Source: Gnetum montanum
Lineage: Eukaryota > Plantae > Gnetophyta
Length of the DNA stretch: 64,000 bases
Direction of reading: 5' to 3'
Assembly (NCBI GenBank): GCA_015680685.1
Contig: MNCI01002989.1
Location: 331,484 to 395,483, forward strand
The notes under the pieces were generated by a model. It ran no database searches. It was not told the DNA's origin and saw nothing but the letters and a program-made list of their open reading frames with translations. The position numbers were made by a program, and so were the translations under genes. Below, piece by piece: positions 24,301-36,800 of this stretch. Each line of letters opens with the position of its first letter. Position 1 is the stretch's first letter.

Positions 24301-25575
24301 TCCATGTCAAGAAGTTCCAAGCGAGCCAGAGTCAAATTCTCTTGTTGTACACTATCATTTTCATTGTAAATTTTCGCCATTTGTGGGCTTGTCAAGCTCT
24401 TACGCTCCAAATTGTATGTGCTTCCATGGGTGTAAGCTAGCTTGCATAAGCTAACACACGCTGTAAGATACAGTGCATCCGGTCAAAAACGTAGCTTGCC
24501 TATGCACATCCAATTCACACACAGCTGTCCATCAAACACGTGTCACATGATCCGTTTTCCTCTCATTTCTCAGCCGTTGATTCCATCCATGAGTTCCGCA
24601 CCCGAGCCTAGCCGAACCTTATAAATACCTTGTGAATTCACATAAACAAGGTTGGCAATTTTAAAGGTTGACGACTTAGGAAGCACTAACTAGCAACTTT
24701 GGACGCTCGGGTGCATGTGACTCCTAGCATCCAAGCACCTTTGAAACACATCACCCCAAGGCTTGGCGCTTGACTTGCCATCCACACGCACAACTACGCT
24801 TTGACCAGTGCACATCCTTTCTAAGCAATACAATACAGTTCATTTTGCCTGCCATTATATTGTTTACTCTGTTTTAAATTTGTTTTTACTTTTCTGTATA
24901 TGTAATCACAGTTTCAAGCTCGGTTTACATTTCGCACATCACTAGTTACGATAACCCCAATGCAAGCCATAGCTTAAGCTCGAGGAAGTCCTTGGTTGAT
25001 TTGCATGCAGACCATCCAAGGCACTCTACCTTCGTTTCCTTTTTCCAGCTTGCCCTCACGTGAAGGCAGGGTCAGCTATGTCTCTTTGGCGATCTTTTGA
25101 CGTTTGTTTTTTCCCTTCCAGCCTGACGCCGATGATTTCGATCAGCACAATGATCATGCACAACATACTCTGCTTGTAAGTGCTGCATACCAATTCGTGT
25201 GAGACCACGAAGAAGCATGCCCGAGATTGAGCGATCAGGAGGTAACACTATGTTACCTTCTAAATCTCACCAATGTAGTTGTTCATCCTGTTGGAGGAAA
25301 AAGGTAAAGTTTGGTATATACTCATCAGGATGAACATATACCACACGAAACTATTGAGGGATTGGTGGATTATCATGTGTACTACGCCTTCGATTGTTCC
25401 CTGTATTAGACCTAGGTGGTGAAACACTTTCATACGAAGAAGGAGACATGATTGTCTATTCAGTGTGCAATGTATTATATATTATTATATATTTTTTTTC
25501 TTGTAACCAACCCTAAGGGTTTGTTTCAACGATGAGAAAGATTTCCTAAGTTCTAATTAGTGCACAAACAACAAA

Positions 25576-25594
25576 GTCCTCGGCAATGGTGCCA
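25576..25594 (-). promoter_or_regulatory. Primer binding site (tRNA-Asp type)
   Basis: Minus strand TGGCACCATTGCCGAGGAC vs Athila consensus TGGCGCCGTTGCCGGGGA, 1 nt from the LTR end. Confidence 0.85.
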
Positions 25595-25595
25595 A

Positions 25596-26388
25596 TGATG
25601 AGTGCCGAGGTATCCCTACGCTTAACCATGCGAATACGAGTGTCCACACACAATTCAGTCGAATTCCAAGGACTAAGTGCTTATGCACCTTTGTGGAACA
25701 ATGATGGGTTGATCAATTGTTGTCTTCCCAAGCTTACTTGTATAGCATAATTGTATGGTTAAGTAAACTTGAGGTACATGATTTTTATAGTTTTTATGTT
25801 TTTATGTCCTAGTGCTACAAAGGGAGGAGAGAGATAACTAAGTAACTAATTTTGATTTAACTACTCAACTATGCTTTAACTAGTCCTAACACTAGCATCT
25901 ATTCTCACTTGTCGTACACACCTTAAACTAGTGCAACACTACTGGGATTACCAAATGCTAATCGTTACTAGGTTACCAAGCGTTACATGCATGCTCGAAG
26001 TGATCGTATTGAGTGTGCTTACTTAGGAGAGTTGTAGGGTGAGAGAGAACATTAATTAACTAAGGAAAGCATTAAGTAACATTAATTAACATTAATTAAT
26101 CTATTTTGAATGCTGCAAGGTTTATGACAAAGTTCGTCTTTATTGTCGTACACAAGGTTTGCTCACGTACACAATGCTCGAATAAAGATCCGTTCACTTT
26201 ATGACTCATACTGCGGGCACTCGGAAATAATTCTATCTCTGGAAAGGGAAAAAGGCAAGAGTTTGGGTAAGGGACTAAAACTAACTTTGCAAACCAAGTG
26301 TGCTTGCCTTTTATTTATAGGCAACGAGGCAGGCCCCAATATCGCGTACGCGATATCGCTTGGAAGGCTCTGATATCATGGCTCATCA
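25596..26388 (-). repeat. 5' LTR of the Athila-like element
   Basis: Direct repeat of 14876-15681. Confidence 0.9.
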
Positions 26389-26694
26389 GTTAGGATAGTT
26401 AATTAATCAATTAGTTAATTTAAATATTCAAACCTTCTTTTATTTAATCATTTTATAGACAACAAAAACAATAAAAATTATTATAAAAATAAATATCTTA
26501 CACTTCAGTCACACTTAATCATACAAATGAGTTAACACAAGTGATGACTGGGAAGACAACGACTAGTAAGCACATCTTTCACTATCTAAGAATATAGGCC
26601 ACTTAGGTAAACATAGTTCACAGAATTCAACCGGATCATGCATAAATGCTAGTGATTTGTATGGTTAAGCATAGGGAACACCCACTACTCATCA
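26389..26694 (+). repeat. Right piece of the interrupted related LTR (ends CTCATCA)
   Basis: Similar to 14060-14371. Confidence 0.7.
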
Positions 26695-27270
26695 TTATTT
26701 TACGCTTTTTCTTTTAAATTTATAACTCATTGCTATCCAATGGAATTAGACTAGGATTACAAAGCCAAAACTCAGTTACTAAACTAACGCCTCATTAATA
26801 AAACCTATTTTTCAATTCTACGTTGGCTTAATGTTCATTAGGCATTAAAATTTAGGCCAAGGCCAACCCATGTTTGACTTTCATTATGCCAATCGGTTTC
26901 CAAACGATTTATCCCACCTTGTGACATCTAACACAATTCGTAGATTTTTTGACCGATTTTTAAAACCTTCATATGTTTCCAGACTTTTTACGCAGGTGGC
27001 CCTGCTGGGTATACGCGCGAACGAAAATAAAATCATCATATATTACTGTAACAATATTGAACATGTTTTTAGTCTTAACGCCTGCACGAGCGCTCCAAAA
27101 CCGATTAACCGTTTTTGGAAAACTTGGCTTGAAAGTTGAAACTATATATTGAGCTTGGAAATACGCCTTTGGTTCGAGGAGAGAGCAGGAATCTTTGTCT
27201 CAATTTAAAGCTCATCGATATTAATATATAGCGTCCCTGCTTTGCTTTGTTCATGTCAACAATTTTTCCT

Positions 27271-27278
27271 TAGGGTTT
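27271..27278 (-). promoter_or_regulatory. Telo-box (AAACCCTA) in the THO2 promoter
   Basis: tagggttt about 440 bp upstream of the ATG; a common plant element in RNA-processing and translation genes. Confidence 0.45.
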
Positions 27279-27654
27279 CAAAATAAGTACACACAACCCT
27301 GCTTCATCCTCCAATTCCATTCGTTTTTTTGGTTTTGGAATCGATAATATTTCCTTCTCTCCATCGCCTAGGGTAGCCAACGACGAATCTTTCCCTATTG
27401 CTGACAGCAAATTACACACAGCGATTGAAGAAGAACAAGCAGAAGAAGATGCAGGTATTCTACTACTTAACAGGAATTACTACTACCGCTCCTACTACTA
27501 CTGTTAGTGCTTATAGAATTATCATCATCCTCTTCATCGTCACCGCGGCGGCGGAATATGAAAATGCAAATGTGTTTGATGCGAATTCTTCGTCATCGGC
27601 AGATGTAGTTTCGGATGCCGAGTCGTCTGCGAGAGTGAGAGTTCTTTTTCCTTT

Positions 27655-27699
27655 GGCATCGCCATCGCCATCGCCATCGCCATCGCCATCGCCATCGCC
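27655..27699 (+). repeat. (GCCATC)n microsatellite in the THO2 5' leader
   Basis: Six perfect copies at 27661-27696 plus partial flanks, ending 18 nt before the ATG. Confidence 0.95.
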
Positions 27700-27717
27700 T
27701 GCGAAGTTGGATACAAA

Positions 27718-27867
27718 ATGGCGTTATCTTTTGTGCCTGTGGAGTGCAAGTATGTCACAGAGGAATGCATTCGCGAATGGAGGACTGCCGGCGGCAATTT
27801 CAAGTCGCAGCATCTCCAGCAGCCCTTACCTGTCGGGAGATTCATTTACGAACTTTTTTGGACCATG
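27718..27867 (+). CDS. THO2: THO2 exon 1
   Basis: MALSFVPVECKYVTEECIREW...ELFWTM; donor gtgaat. Confidence 0.88.
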
Positions 27868-30800
27868 GTGAATATTTTTGATTTTATGCCATTTTCTGGG
27901 AAAGAGTGTGTTAATTGCTTTGATTTTGATATCAACCTGTTAGGCGACTTCATGTTTTTAACAATTTTCTGGAACTTGTGCTGTTCGAGTCTTAAATTAT
28001 TTACATGCTATATTTGGTTATTGCTTAGATATTAGGGTGAGGGTATCGTGCATTTTCCTTTTTTATTTTTCGAGAATCATTACAATTGCGCATGGATTTT
28101 TTAGGGCTTTGTTTTGTAGGGCGAAGGAAGTCACCCGTTTCGCGGCTGCATATATTTGAAAACATGTTTTTTTTTCTTGCAATCTCCATCTCTTGCTTTT
28201 CACGGTTATGGTTTTTTGTCGTACTAGTTTTTAAAAGTGCTTTGATGTATTCCTGTTACTATCTTTTCCCTTATAATTCGTCCATTTTATAGCAACCGAT
28301 GATAAGGTTTTGGTAACCTAAATTATTAGAATTTTTAAATTTAGATTTTCAATGCAAGTGGAATATTTTGTAAGTGTTAACATTACGTTAATTTCAATTA
28401 ATTATATGATTGTTAAGTCATTAACGATGATATTTTACAGGTTCGTGGAGAGTTACCTCTCTCAAAATGCAGAATTGCCCTGGAATCTGTTGAGTATTTG
28501 GAGAAACAGGCCAGGGATAATATGCCTTCCATTCTTGCTGACACAATTGCTCACATGGGTCAAGAAGTAAGTTGTATATATTGGATTAGCTATGTAAATT
28601 TTGTCATGAAGTATGTTACCTGTGGCCTATATAAATATGCAAAGGATGATAAATTTGCTCCTAAGGTTTTTTTTATTCACACCTTAGATGTGTTTCGAAT
28701 TTGAAAACTTTACCTACAGTCAAAGCTTTCATTGATTGCCTCAGTTATACATGATTGATTAAATGAATGAGGCATTCAGGATATTCCTTAGATACAGAGG
28801 ACTAGTTGAATTGATGAACCAATAACCCATTGACATCTCAGTTGTGACTTTCCATTTGCAAAAGTATTAATGGTCAATAGGACCTGGGAACTTGACATTC
28901 CTGACAGCTGCTAATGAAGCTTTCCGTACATTATAGCTACTTGATTGTTTCTTTATACACTTAGCTATATTTGTTAAGATGTATCAATATCGTCACAATG
29001 AAAACTTCACTCTTGACCTGTCTGCTTGATACCTATTAACTCCATTATTACCTTATTATACGAAAACTTTGTTAAGTGATGTGGCGTTGTAGATGGCTAA
29101 AACTTTATGGAATGAATGTGACTTAGAGTTACCATAAGAAAGCTTTAATGCTGGGTATTAGATTTTCCACTGTCTAAGTAGTGCTTTAGCGTTGATTTCA
29201 TTTTGCAATTACTGCATTGTATTTGCCAGGGTGTGTCAAAACAGACTTTTAAAAATTTTTACAGGATGTAGACTGCAGTCATATTGAACATTTGACTTCG
29301 ACATTGAGCTGTTGAATAGTTTGAACAGTTGAAGTGCAGAACTGTAAACATAGATTTGACTGCAGAAGTGCTGTGTTTAAAAACTTATAATTGAAGCTAG
29401 CTATATGTTTTGAAGGAAGACAGATCAAACTGAACAATTGCTGGTCAGATTTTGTATATTTGAAATGCATGAAACTAAGAATTGGAGGTATAGGATGGGC
29501 CGTTGAATGTTTCCACTTTGGGTTTTGTAATTGATAGTCTTTTAAGGGTTTTTATAATTAAAAAATTTTGGGTGTTATTAAGCATGATTTTTTATCTTTT
29601 TGTTCCCGGGAATCTGTTTTGGGGTTTGAATTAACTCAATGATTGACATGCAGTTAGTGGTTCTTAGTGTGATTAATCAGAGATTTTGCAATCATTTATT
29701 TCAATTTGCTTAGTTTGTTTAAAATATTACGGGTTTTGTTTCCCTGTTTCAATTTTTTGTACTAGCTTTCATTTTGGTTGTTTCATCATTAATCTTTGAA
29801 CGTAGTAGACATGTTTTTGGATTTTCTAACTTAACTCTGACAGATAAGATATGTTCTACAGATTGCACTTCCTGGAGAATTTAGAGGACGACTTCTGGAA
29901 CTGGTAGGCTTCACCTTATTGAAGAATTTGATGGATTATTTTACTTCCCAATTTCTACTACCTAATAAATTAATTTTGTTAAAAGAAATTCTTGGCACAT
30001 TTGTCCGTTGTTGTTTCTTATTGTCTATGTGTACTCAATGCAATTCATGTTTCCTTTGGGAAATTCGTTTAGGAATGCATGTATGTCATTCGTAACTGAA
30101 TTTATTGATTCATTCATTTTGTTTTCAGTTGCTTTTGTAAATTAATGAAAAAGTGGCAGCCTTTTCATTGAAGGGATATTTCTCTTGCATTTGTAAGTTC
30201 ACTGACATTGAAAACTGTTTGTTAGTGGAAAGACACTGTTTTGAAAGTGCAAATTCGTTAGCAGTGAAGCTTGTGCCACTATTCAAATGGTTTACTCATC
30301 AGCTAGAGGATTTCTTCTTAGCAGATCTATGAAATTGGAACTCTCTGCAGATTTTGGAATGATAGAATTTCAAGTGTTATGCATGTAAAAGTTATATACA
30401 GTTGGCTATGTAAACATGCAAACAGCATCCTTAGGAGAGTGAAAAAATGGTTGAAGTTTGTATATAGCATGCGGTCTATGATAAGAAGTCATAAAAATGA
30501 AGCAATAAGATAATCAGGCAAATGATGATAAAGCCAATGGATATTACCTTGGAGCTAGAAGTTTGCTTGTGTACATTTTAACCAGATCTTTCATGTTTGC
30601 TGCAAAATATATCTATTAGTTTTACAAGATCATTATTTTAAAAGTAATTGAAATAACCAAAAGATATTGAAAGTAATGGATAAAGGTTTTTTGATTCAAG
30701 GATGGAACAGTTGTGGATGTGTTTAGTTCATGGAAGAGGAGAATAGTTGGCATGTGTGGAATGTGTGCATGAAAATCAGTATCCATTATACATTATGTAT

Positions 30801-33800
30801 TACAAACTCCTAGTAATTATGGTACTTATTTTGAAAGTAATTCAGAAAAGTGTAAGGTATCTTAATTAATGGATAACAGTTTTTGATTCAAGGATGGCAC
30901 AGTTGTGGATATGTTTGGTTTGGAGAAGAGAATTATAGCTGATGGGTATGGAATATATGCACAAACACCAGTAACAATTATGTATTAAAACTCCTAGTAG
31001 TTATGCTATTGGCCCTTTCAAGTGACAATATCAACTTCCATGCTATGTTTACAAGTTTGTATCATCTGGACTGGGTGGCTTGCAACATTTTAAAGCTTCA
31101 CATCATTATCAGATCTGTTGGTGTTTCTACATCTGCTTTCTCTATGAATTTTATTGGTCTTTGTGAGAAGCCTTTGGCAAGTTGGACACAGTTCATTTTC
31201 AGAAGTATTGCAGCAATTTACAGACACTAGGCTGCTGAGCACTTGGAGTCATTTTTTTATGGAAAAAGCAACACCTGTTGGAATACCTAGTCCGTTATTC
31301 TGCTATATGTAAGCACTTGGAAAGGTTGTCTTCTTTCAAGACTTTTATTACAACCTTTTTTGAAAATATTCTATGTTGTATTGGGTGCATGGGTTCTAGA
31401 TCCAAGTAGTTCACGTTCTTTTGTCTTTTCGATATTATCTCCCTTGTGTTTATACTTAAAAACATATTAAGTGGTGATCTCAAATATTTTTGTAAATTAC
31501 AAATACAATAGCTGCTTAATTTTCATATATAACATCATTGGTTTTTGATATATAGGGAGGTAAATGTGTTGAGAAATTTTTTGTAAGTTGTAAATCCTTA
31601 TGCTTCTTTTCCTGCTTTTCTTTTCCTCATTTTCCAGGTTTTCTAAATTATCTTAGGAGAGGATGACCTTGCACCTTGTAGCTTGATTGATATTGTTGTA
31701 ATAGAAGCGCATTAATGTTATATTTTCCCCAGAAAATTTCTAATTCAGTTAAAAATGTTACAATGGGATAATTGGTTGTGTGGCTATGCATGCTTATCAC
31801 AAAATGATCCCATGTTGAAGATCAAGTACAATTAACGGCGTTTCTTTTGTACTGAGTGAATGATATGGGAAAATGTTGTATTTTGCTGTATATGTTTGTT
31901 GTCTAAACTATTCCCAGTTTCAGAGTACTATTATATGGGCCATGCTTCTTAAGGATTTGGAACCTGGGAAGTTTGTTTATACTTCATTGCCATTACCTTT
32001 TTTTTTCTCAAGTACATGACTTTGTTAAAGAAGCTAGGGTAAGAAGTTGTCAATCCTCCCATGGTACCAGCGACAATGTCTGACAGTTGATAATGATTAG
32101 ACTTCAGATGGGTGTGTTCCTGTATAATATTATGTAGTATGAAATATATAGTATTTTTTGGGGTTGTTTATCACTTAATGTATGTGTTCAGTGGCATGTT
32201 GATTTCTAGGTGGTATCATGGACTTGTAACTTCTACAATGAGACTTGACCATGTTTATGAGTTAGTATTCTATTACTTTATATTCAATGTGGTGTCTTTT
32301 ATCTTGATTTAATATGCTTTTGCGCATTATAGTTATCAAAAACGTAGTGACTGAGCATCTTGGACCTGCCTTGACAACTTGATGTCTAACTCTTTGCTGA
32401 TTTTCTTCTTTTGTTTTATCACTTTAATGTTTGGTAAGGTGCTTCTGCAGTCCTATTCCTTTTGGCCCATGTGATATGACTCTTTCATTCAGGATTCGGC
32501 AGCACCAGCTGGGGCTTCTGTGTGTGCCATAGGTTCAGTCTGGGAGGGGAGTTCAGAAAATAAAGTTGTTTCGGAGTTGTGGAAGTTTTAGGGTGACTGC
32601 TTCCTCCTTTGGACATCTTGAACAGCAGCTCCCACTCTACAACAAAGAAAAGAGTATCTTACACGTGGTTCCTGCAGTAAATAAACATTCATCAATTACA
32701 ATGTGTTTTGGTTGTGCAAAGATAATAAAATATCTTTCATGAAACAAAGATGGTATTGTTTCACTAGTTGATCTGAATATGGGGCACATTATTCTGTGTT
32801 ATGCTCGTATGCTAACAAGTTTGTGTAGAAAGGAAGCTGTTGATATGGACTTGCACTAGTTTGTTTGGGTAGGCCTGTTTCTTAGAGGTTGTGTGATCAT
32901 GTTTGCAAAGAATCATAACACTCATTGCAATTATGCTTAGCGATATCATAAAATAGTAGCTAAACATGAGTTTTGGGAGCCAGGAGCTGTGCAGGTGACC
33001 TGGTTAGCATTTTAATTGTATATTTGGAGTCTAAAATGACTTTTTAGATAAAGCACAATTATGCTTTTATATGTTTTTTAAAATTACATTGACTTTTTGT
33101 TTGTTTGGTTGAGTAATATTTAACAATGGTTAATTCAATGTTTCCAAAATTTTCCTTTCAAAACATGTATGGTTTTAGGACATTAAGTCAAATAAATTGT
33201 TAATCAAGCTCTGTTCTCTCAATAGGCAAAGTGGTTAGTTGATTCTGCACTTGTTCCTGTGCGACTTCTTCAAGAAAGATGCGAGGTATTGTAGTTTTTA
33301 TGGTTGGTTTTACTTTTTACTTGTATGAATGTGTTAGTGAAATTGAAGTAATGTCATCTCTAAGTACTTTCAATTTTGCAGGCTGAATTTTTATGGGAAG
33401 CAGAAATGATTAAGATAAAGTCTGCTGAATTAAAAGCAAAGGAGGTAAGCTTGCTAGGGATATACCTTAGTACTGCAAGCGTTGTCTTTTAAATTTTGTT
33501 CTTTTAGTTGAATTTCTAATACTTGTACACGTAATCTACAAGTTCATGGATAGAGTAATGTATAGCATTAGTGTAATTTCTTAATATAAAAAAGAATGCT
33601 ATTCAGATGGTATGTAAATGTGCAGAATTTTGTTTAGAGATACTTGGGCTGATAGCCAAATGGTGAAATTTCACACTCATGAGAAAATTTAAATGGTTAA
33701 GACATTGGATTTACAGAGTATTTGGTGATTTTTCTAGCAGCACAATTAACAAGACAAAAAATTTAACTGAGAACTCATAAACAAAAAGAAGACAGCAGAC

Positions 33801-36800
33801 AAGATTTGATGTGGTGAAACTCTTCAGTGTGAAGGGATGTCCATGGGAAAGCAGCGTAATCTGATTTCTAATAAGGAGCTGAGTTACATCCCACAGCGTT
33901 ATTCACCTATTTTAAATATCCTCCGGCATCCAAAAATCATGGGCAATCAATCAAATGAATTAGAACAGTCGTATCTGAGTTCATGGATATCATTGTGCCA
34001 TGTATAGATTGCACGTTTTTCCGCTTTCTTGGCAAGACATTATGAAACATACTATAAGGGGTTACAGCTAATGGCCTGGTTGAGATGCACTGGATAACAG
34101 TTCTAAACTATAATAAAATAGTTGAAGTTAAAAATTTAAAGAAAAAAGAGAATAAAGAACTAATTTTTAAGGGGTAGATAACTACAGTTAGTTACAATGA
34201 AATTAATTCATTACCATAAGGGGAGGCTGTTACAAAGTTCTCTAGCATGAAATCACGGAGAGGATCAAGGAAATGATAGGGATTTGGCCTCACTCTATAT
34301 GTAACACAAATGGAATCGTTATCTATGATGAAGCTTTACACAAGCTCACAAGCAATGAACTGAAGCCTATATGGGAAAATGTATCACAATATACGAAAGA
34401 TGAGGATTTTAAATTTAGATGAATGTTGAATTAAACCATGCTTCAAGCCCTCTGCCTTATGTAAAATTTAAACATAAAACTTTCCGTAACTGCTGAAACA
34501 CGATTCATCAAGAGAGGCAGAGAGTAATTGATATCATAAAACCTTTCATGTGGAGTGAAACATCACGGAAAAGCAGACAGATTTCAATTAGCTGTTAGTG
34601 TATGTTAGTTTTAGTGCATTGAGACTTTATAAAGAACTCAACAGATATGTATCACATGTGGCCCATTTAAAAAACGTCTTCTCGCCTAAATGGAACATAA
34701 AGTGACTTTATAGCAACACTTCATATAGAGAAGTAATTCATAGTCACATATGAAAATTTGGCCATGCACTGAAATCCAACAATTCCAATTTGTCACTTGC
34801 TTTCCAATTTGCATTTTTTGATTACATCTGTGCCATTCCTATTTTTATTTTTACAAAAGGTTAGCTTTTTCAGTTGGGTTCTAGCGAACATATCAGCTGA
34901 TTGATCATTTGTATCAACATTCTTGACTTCCAACACTTCTTCCTCAGTGCCTCAGTGATCATGGGATGCCTTACATTAATGTGCTCTATTCTAGCATGAA
35001 ATGCAATTTTCTCTGCCAGAAATATTCCTCCATTGTTGTGACAAGACAAACTATGGTCTTGTTGGTTCAGCCCTAGCTTCTTCAAGAAACTAGCAATCCT
35101 CTTCCTTTGCAACCTAGAGTTTCTAGTGTCAAAATTTTGTTCCCAGCAAGGAAGATTAATCACTAATTTGATATATTTTCTAGTTTTTTGTTGTTGCCAA
35201 AGTTATTATAATCCTTCAAGTCAACATTTTAGCTTTCTAAGAAAAATGCCATGATTTTTCTTAAAAATAAAAACCTATCTAAGCTTAATTTGTTGCTTCT
35301 TCTTAGGTATTGGAACTATCTCCTAGACATTACTTTTCTCCAACGTATTGAAGTAACATGCATTGCCTCCTTCCGATGTCATATTTGTAGAGATCCCTTG
35401 TAGTCTTTGTGATTGGTCACCTTGAAGACTTGAGGCTTCTTGAAGACCTGAGCTGTCATGAGCATATTTCAAGTTCTTTGAAGTATGAACTGGTTGTAAT
35501 GCTACAATTTTTTAAATTCTTCCATCATTACACTCTCCTCCCCTGTATGGAAAGGTCTTCAAAGCTATTAAGCCTTGGTTGGGGCAGCATGTTTCTCCGG
35601 TAAATAATGTTTGGAAGTGGAATCGAACTTCCATCTATCAATTAAAACAAGTGCATCGAACTTTAAGAGAGGTGGAGCAGGTTCAATTTCATGGTTATTT
35701 TATGGATAAGATTTACACCCCATGATTCAGATTGTTTATATTTAAAGTAATTATGGGATGGCTACCAACCAAAGAATATATTTGGGCAGGGGGATAATAC
35801 AGGATAACAGCCGCACTCTAAGAAATTTTCAATGGACAAACAACAGTTTATGTAGTACAGAACATGGATAAGCAATACGTGGGTTTGGTTTATGCTTAGC
35901 AGCTGTATGACAATTTAATTGGGATGGATGGATATTTATTTTTGTTTTATCTTGTGAGGGCACTTTTCAAAGCAAGCAAGCAATGCAGGATCCTTTTCCT
36001 AGTCCAAAGGGAAGGTTTTTTTTTTTTTTAATATTATAAGGATTGATGGAAAGGATAAAAACCTGAAAAGACATCTTCAAAACTGTTGGGAATTTGGCAT
36101 TATTTCTGCTTTCACGAAGTGATGTAAGATTTTATCTCAGTGGGGATGTTTTACTTGGGACCTTTTGGGGAACCTTTTGCTGTGAGCTGTCCACAATAGA
36201 ACTGGGGTTTTTCATTTGCGCAAAAATTAACTGGTTGTAATCAGATTACAATGTCTGATGCACATGATCATGGTTGCAGTCGTGATCTATTTAGCTTGAA
36301 TCTTGAATTTTTCAGTCCTTTTAACATGGAAACATGACGATCTTCATCATTCGAATGCAATTTAGCAAGGGTTTAAAAAATAAATAAGGATTCAACCTGG
36401 ATTTGAGAAAAAATTTCTTAAGGACTTCAAATCATCAAATATCTAATGATTCTTCATCATTTCAACCTAAGATCTGCCCAGAATTGATCTTAAACCAACA
36501 AGAATCATAAAAGAAATAGTGAACTAAGCACTTGAACAGTATTTCAATCAGATCCAAGCAAGAAGCAGTGAACTTCAAAGGAAAATAAGCTTCTAAGTTC
36601 AATTTTAAACATCTTTATCTTCAAGGCTATAGTTCTTAATTGAATGACACTCAAATAATATCAAAATAACACAGGCTTTCATATGAGAACGAATTTTTCT
36701 TCATTAATATAAGTCCAAAGAGTTTTTTCAGACCGTTATCCTTTTCATGCATTTAGACCAACTATTGATTGAATGTTGGATATGGACTGTTCCATCTAGA

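Larger units (their letters stand above)
14876..26388 (-). mobile_element. Full-length degenerate Athila-like Ty3/gypsy retrotransposon (11.5 kb)
   Basis: Paired LTRs TGATGAG...CTCATCA; tRNA-Asp-type PBS; PPT; gag (knuckle CEICQYDHPKGC), PR (LDLGSGVNLI), RT (WRMCIDFR, YSGYNQI), RNaseH (AIVFALEKFRHY), INT (WGIDFMGP, YHPQVNGQAE) in gypsy order. Confidence 0.93.

Noticed and set aside
27540-27845. Minus-strand ORF with an AMAMAM repeat
   Set aside because: Translation of the (GCCATC)n microsatellite antisense to THO2 exon 1.
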